Positions 61,340 to 64,000 of a DNA stretch of 64,000 nt are shown here, piece by piece. Every line of letters starts with the position of its first letter. Position 1 is the first letter of the stretch. The stretch comes from Parcubacteria group bacterium Gr01-1014_30 (GTDB lineage: Bacteria; Patescibacteriota; Minisyncoccia; Minisyncoccales; 2-12-FULL-40-12). Made by a program: the position numbers and the translations under genes. The notes below the pieces were generated by a model that saw only the letters and a program-made list of their open reading frames with translations, made no database searches and had not been told where the DNA came from. The DNA is taken from positions 2,198 through 66,197 of the forward strand of contig VMFS01000002.1 in NCBI GenBank assembly GCA_007376185.1. Reading direction: 5' to 3'.

Positions 61340-62908
61340 TTATCTCAATAAGTTCAAAAACGGAGCGGCAAGCCATGCCGTCAGCCGTTGGAAGAAACCT
61401 GTCGGCCCTTCTTGTTGCTGCTGTTGCTGGTATTGCTTCTCGAATTGTTGCCGGTATTGCTCTTCAAACTGTTGTTGAAATTCCTCTTTATGCTCTTCTG
61501 GGAACTGTTGAAATTCGCTGGGTGGCGGCATTGTTGGCGGTTGAAATTGGCCGCATTCTTCCGGATGTTGCTGGCAATACGCCATGCATTCTTCCTGGCT
61601 TTTACAGCCGCCGGGACCTGTAAAGCCAGACGGTATTCCTTCAGGGGGAGCAAACCCTTCTGGTGGGAAAGAACCTTCTTCTCCTGGCCGCGGTCCAAAT
61701 TCTTCCGGAGACGGCATAAATTGTTCAAAACATTCGCGCATAACATCGCCCATATGAGGAGCTACAGTGCCGCTTCCTGTCCTTATTCCTTCTATAACTT
61801 CAGGTCCTAATTTCCCTTCCAAGCATGAGGCAATTTCAGGTGGCGCGTTGGAAAGGCCTTCTCGCATCATGCGCAATCCCTCTTCCATCTGACGCATGTC
61901 TTGGTCAGAAAGCAGACCATGCTCTTTGGCAAAATCAAAGCAGGTTTCTTGATTTGCGGGATTCTGGCAGAATTGTTCGCATTCCTGCTGGCCTTGGCAG
62001 TCGCCAGGCCCCTTTCCGCCTGTTTTACGGGCCATCTCAGCTTCCTCTGGCGTCATAAATCCGGCAGCTTCCGCAAAAACAATGCACTCTTGAATATGCT
62101 CTTCCTGCGAGCAGTAGACATTGCATTCTTCCTCGCTTTGGCAGGCAGGCGGCTTTACTCCTTTTCTGAGGGCTGTCAGCATTTTTTCGGCATCCTGAAG
62201 CTCTTGGTCCGACATCAATCCCGCCTCCTTGGCAAAGCTAATGCACACCTCAAAGTTTTCTGACTGCCGACAATAGGCCTCGCACGCCTCCTTGCCTCCT
62301 GCTCCCATGCAAGGGGGCGGCGTTACTCCTCTTTTGATTGCGGCCAGAACTTTTTTTGCTTCTTCCAGCTCGTCAGGGGGAATGAACCCCGCAGATTCAG
62401 CAAACGCTATACACTCTTCCATGTGATTTGATGAAGTGCAGTAGGCCTCGCATGCCTGCTTATTTCGGCACCCGCCCGGCAGTTGAGCGCCTCTGGCTAA
62501 AGCGGCTTGAATTTTTTTAGCCTCCTTAAGTTCGTCAGGTTCTATAAAACCGCTCCTTTCAGCAAAGGTTAGGCATTCTGAAATGTTGTTGATATCGTTG
62601 CAGTAGTTTTCGCATTCAAGGTGATTTGAGCAGCCGCCGGGGCCTGAGCCGCCCAGCTCAAGAAATTTTTTCGCTCTGGCTAACTCTTCAGCTGAAAGCA
62701 AATTATGTCTTTCTGCAAAGGCAAGGCACTTAGCGATATTAGCGGGAGAGTCGCAATATACTTTGCACTCCTGCTCGCTTTTACAATTGCCCAACTCTGG
62801 CACCGGAAAAACTATGTCGTCTTTTGAAGTAGCGTAAACGACTATACCAATACCCAAAAGCAGGACCGTGACAACAAATATTTTATTCAAATGGATTTTT
62901 ATAAACAT
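61340..62908 (-). CDS. anchored secreted protein with 6.5 tandem 4-Cys repeat modules and a Q-rich tail
   Basis: The repeat C-x5-6-C-x3-C-x9-10-C-x2-FAE-x2-G-[LF]-x4-5-[ED]-[LM]-x2-A-x-K occurs seven times. Tail QQQFEEQYRQQFEKQYQQQQQQE. Confidence 0.7.
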   Translation of the reverse strand: MFIKIHLNKIFVVTVLLLGIGIVVYATSKDDIVFPVPELGNCKSEQECKVYCDSPANIAKCLAFAERHNLLSAEELARAKKFLELGGSGPGGCSNHLECENYCNDINNISECLTFAERSGFIEPDELKEAKKIQAALARGAQLPGGCRNKQACEAYCTSSNHMEECIAFAESAGFIPPDELEEAKKVLAAIKRGVTPPPCMGAGGKEACEAYCRQSENFEVCISFAKEAGLMSDQELQDAEKMLTALRKGVKPPACQSEEECNVYCSQEEHIQECIVFAEAAGFMTPEEAEMARKTGGKGPGDCQGQQECEQFCQNPANQETCFDFAKEHGLLSDQDMRQMEEGLRMMREGLSNAPPEIASCLEGKLGPEVIEGIRTGSGTVAPHMGDVMRECFEQFMPSPEEFGPRPGEEGSFPPEGFAPPEGIPSGFTGPGGCKSQEECMAYCQQHPEECGQFQPPTMPPPSEFQQFPEEHKEEFQQQFEEQYRQQFEKQYQQQQQQEGPTGFFQRLTAWLAAPFLNLLR

Positions 62909-63155
62909 CTTTAAATGGGTTGGCTTTATCTATAGGGTTAAGTTCAGGCGTATTCTCCAAAGGATTTGTAAGCGATTTTGTTTCTGGCAGGGTGCCGTAA
63001 GTTGAACCTTCTGATTCTTCAGGTCCAGAGAAAGGTTCTACCACTGACGGCCCTGTTGGATTCCTCCAGAACAAAAAACCGGCAACCGCTAACAAAGCTA
63101 AAATTACGGCTGCGCCGGCTACTATAAGATAAACTTGTTTCCTCCCAAGAACCAT
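62883..63155 (-). CDS. small N-terminally anchored hypothetical protein
   Basis: TM helix VYLIVAGAAVILALLAVAGFLFW, then a Pro/Glu-rich tail. Overlaps the downstream gene by 26 nt. Confidence 0.5.
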   Translation of the reverse strand: MVLGRKQVYLIVAGAAVILALLAVAGFLFWRNPTGPSVVEPFSGPEESEGSTYGTLPETKSLTNPLENTPELNPIDKANPFKDVYKNPFE

Positions 63156-63194
63156 ATTGTTATATTATCGCTTACTGCCTAAATACATGTCAAG

Positions 63195-63262
63195 CCCCGT
63201 ATATCATCTTCTGACGCCTGCGGCGATTTCGCGCGAAGCGCGCCGAAAGTTGTATTACGGGG
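63195..63262. repeat. Y-family structured repeat, copy Y2
   Basis: CCCCGTATATCATCTTCTGACGCCTGCGGCGATTTCGCGCGAAGCGCGCCGAAAGTTGTATTACGGGG. Confidence 0.75.
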
Positions 63263-63280
63263 TCAAGTGCTTTATGTTTT

Positions 63281-63541
63281 TTAAAAGAGGCGCCGCAGCT
63301 CTTTTTTTGCATGTTCTAAAATTCTTTTCTGCTTTGGGTTTAGATTCTTGCTAGCTCTGTTGATATAAAAATTGAGCATTGACATTGCCGACTGAAAGAG
63401 CCCTGCTTTGCGGCGCAAGCTCGCCTTGGCTGAGCGCTTTAATGACTGAGCAATGCGCTTTGGATTCTTCCACGTAAAAACTCCTTTCTCCAAATCCAGC
63501 GCGTTACTCTCTTTAGTAACCCTCTGCGCCCACTTTCTCAT
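63281..63541 (-). CDS. DUF3175-like small basic protein
   Basis: SNALDLEKGVF...IAQSLKRSA..S.RRK...FQSAMSMLNFYINRA matches the DUF3175 pattern as I recall it. Confidence 0.55.
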   Translation of the reverse strand: MRKWAQRVTKESNALDLEKGVFTWKNPKRIAQSLKRSAKASLRRKAGLFQSAMSMLNFYINRASKNLNPKQKRILEHAKKELRRLF

Positions 63542-63780
63542 TATTTTTTCAACTCTTTGTTTTTAAATAATTTTCCCAAAATCGCAACAAAGTCAATTCT
63601 GTCAACTACTACCTCGCCCAAGAAAGCAAAAGGCACTGCGATCAAAACGATAATGCCAAAAACTCTCCACGTTATTGCCGCATCGGTAACCGCCTTAATC
63701 GCCACTATGTCTTCAATGACACCTATAATTATCCCAAAACATAAAAATTCCAAAAAAACTTCCAGCCTTTTTAAGTTCAT
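63541..63780 (-). CDS. small two-TM membrane protein
   Basis: 79 aa with two hydrophobic helices. Its stop overlaps the start of the next gene. Confidence 0.5.
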   Translation of the reverse strand: MNLKRLEVFLEFLCFGIIIGVIEDIVAIKAVTDAAITWRVFGIIVLIAVPFAFLGEVVVDRIDFVAILGKLFKNKELKK

Positions 63781-63901
63781 ACCTTTCTTAATTTTTATTT
63801 CTCAATTAATTCTTCGACCTTATTTTTCGCCTGTTCCAAGAATTGTTTTGCCCCAGTAGCAGAACAAGTTCGCTACGGGGTAAACTTTTGAGCGGGCTTC
63901 G

Positions 63902-63968
63902 CCCCGTATATCATCTTCTGACGCCTGCGGCGTTTTGCGCGAAGCGCGCCGAAAGTTGTATTACGGGG
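63902..63968. repeat. Y-family structured repeat, copy Y3 (a 30-nt mini copy lies at 63851-63880)
   Basis: CCCCGTATATCATCTTCTGACGCCTGCGGCGTTTTGCGCGAAGCGCGCCGAAAGTTGTATTACGGGG is nearly identical to Y2. The mini copy is CCCCAGTAGCAGAACAAGTTCGCTACGGGG. Confidence 0.75.
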
Positions 63969-64000
63969 CTTCGTGGGATTTTTGAACCAAATCGGCATTT

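Overview
This is a gene-dense 64-kb window at roughly 43% GC. The gene content suggests a small Candidate Phyla Radiation / Patescibacteria (Parcubacteria-like) genome, which is an inference. That content includes scattered peptidoglycan and division genes (murC, mraY, murD, ftsW, murG, a murF-like gene, a femX-like gene, ftsQ, mrdA, mreC, mreD). It also includes aspS, gltX, serS and lysS, the hrcA-grpE-dnaK-dnaJ operon with a CIRCE operator, two GT39-type glycosyltransferases, many short membrane-anchored hypotheticals, and a 23S-5S rRNA unit not linked to a 16S gene. Main observations: (1) A ~4-kb, ~60% GC island (7.97-12.09 kb) sits between murC and aspS. It encodes four exported or membrane proteins (one OmpA-like, one LysM) in cassette-like units. 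Two of those units carry a duplicated terminator-promoter-palindrome-structured leader module, and a four-hairpin array lies between ORF2 and ORF3. (2) The 23S rRNA gene is ~4.4 kb long and carries seven insertions: two group I introns (one at the classic L2449 site, one in the sarcin-ricin loop with a 45-codon LAGLIDADG remnant), three ~100-nt insertions sharing 12-bp GC-rich terminal inverted repeats (one in flipped orientation), and two copies of an AT-rich hairpin repeat that also occurs in intergenic DNA. (3) Further hairpin repeat families are present: an S double-hairpin family with compensatory changes and a Y family. (4) A PP-loop protein lies between mraY and murD and is a candidate MurL-type epimerase. 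(5) An AT-rich protease plus small-membrane-protein pair is inserted inside the chaperone operon. (6) A decayed region next to tRNA-Lys contains two gene fragments. (7) Two unusual secreted proteins are encoded: a 4-Cys repeat protein and a Kazal-domain protein. No CRISPR array, transposase or recognisable defence or toxin genes were seen. All product calls come from reading motifs in the supplied translations, and rRNA positions come from aligning to the E. coli 23S sequence recalled from memory. No database search or folding program was run.
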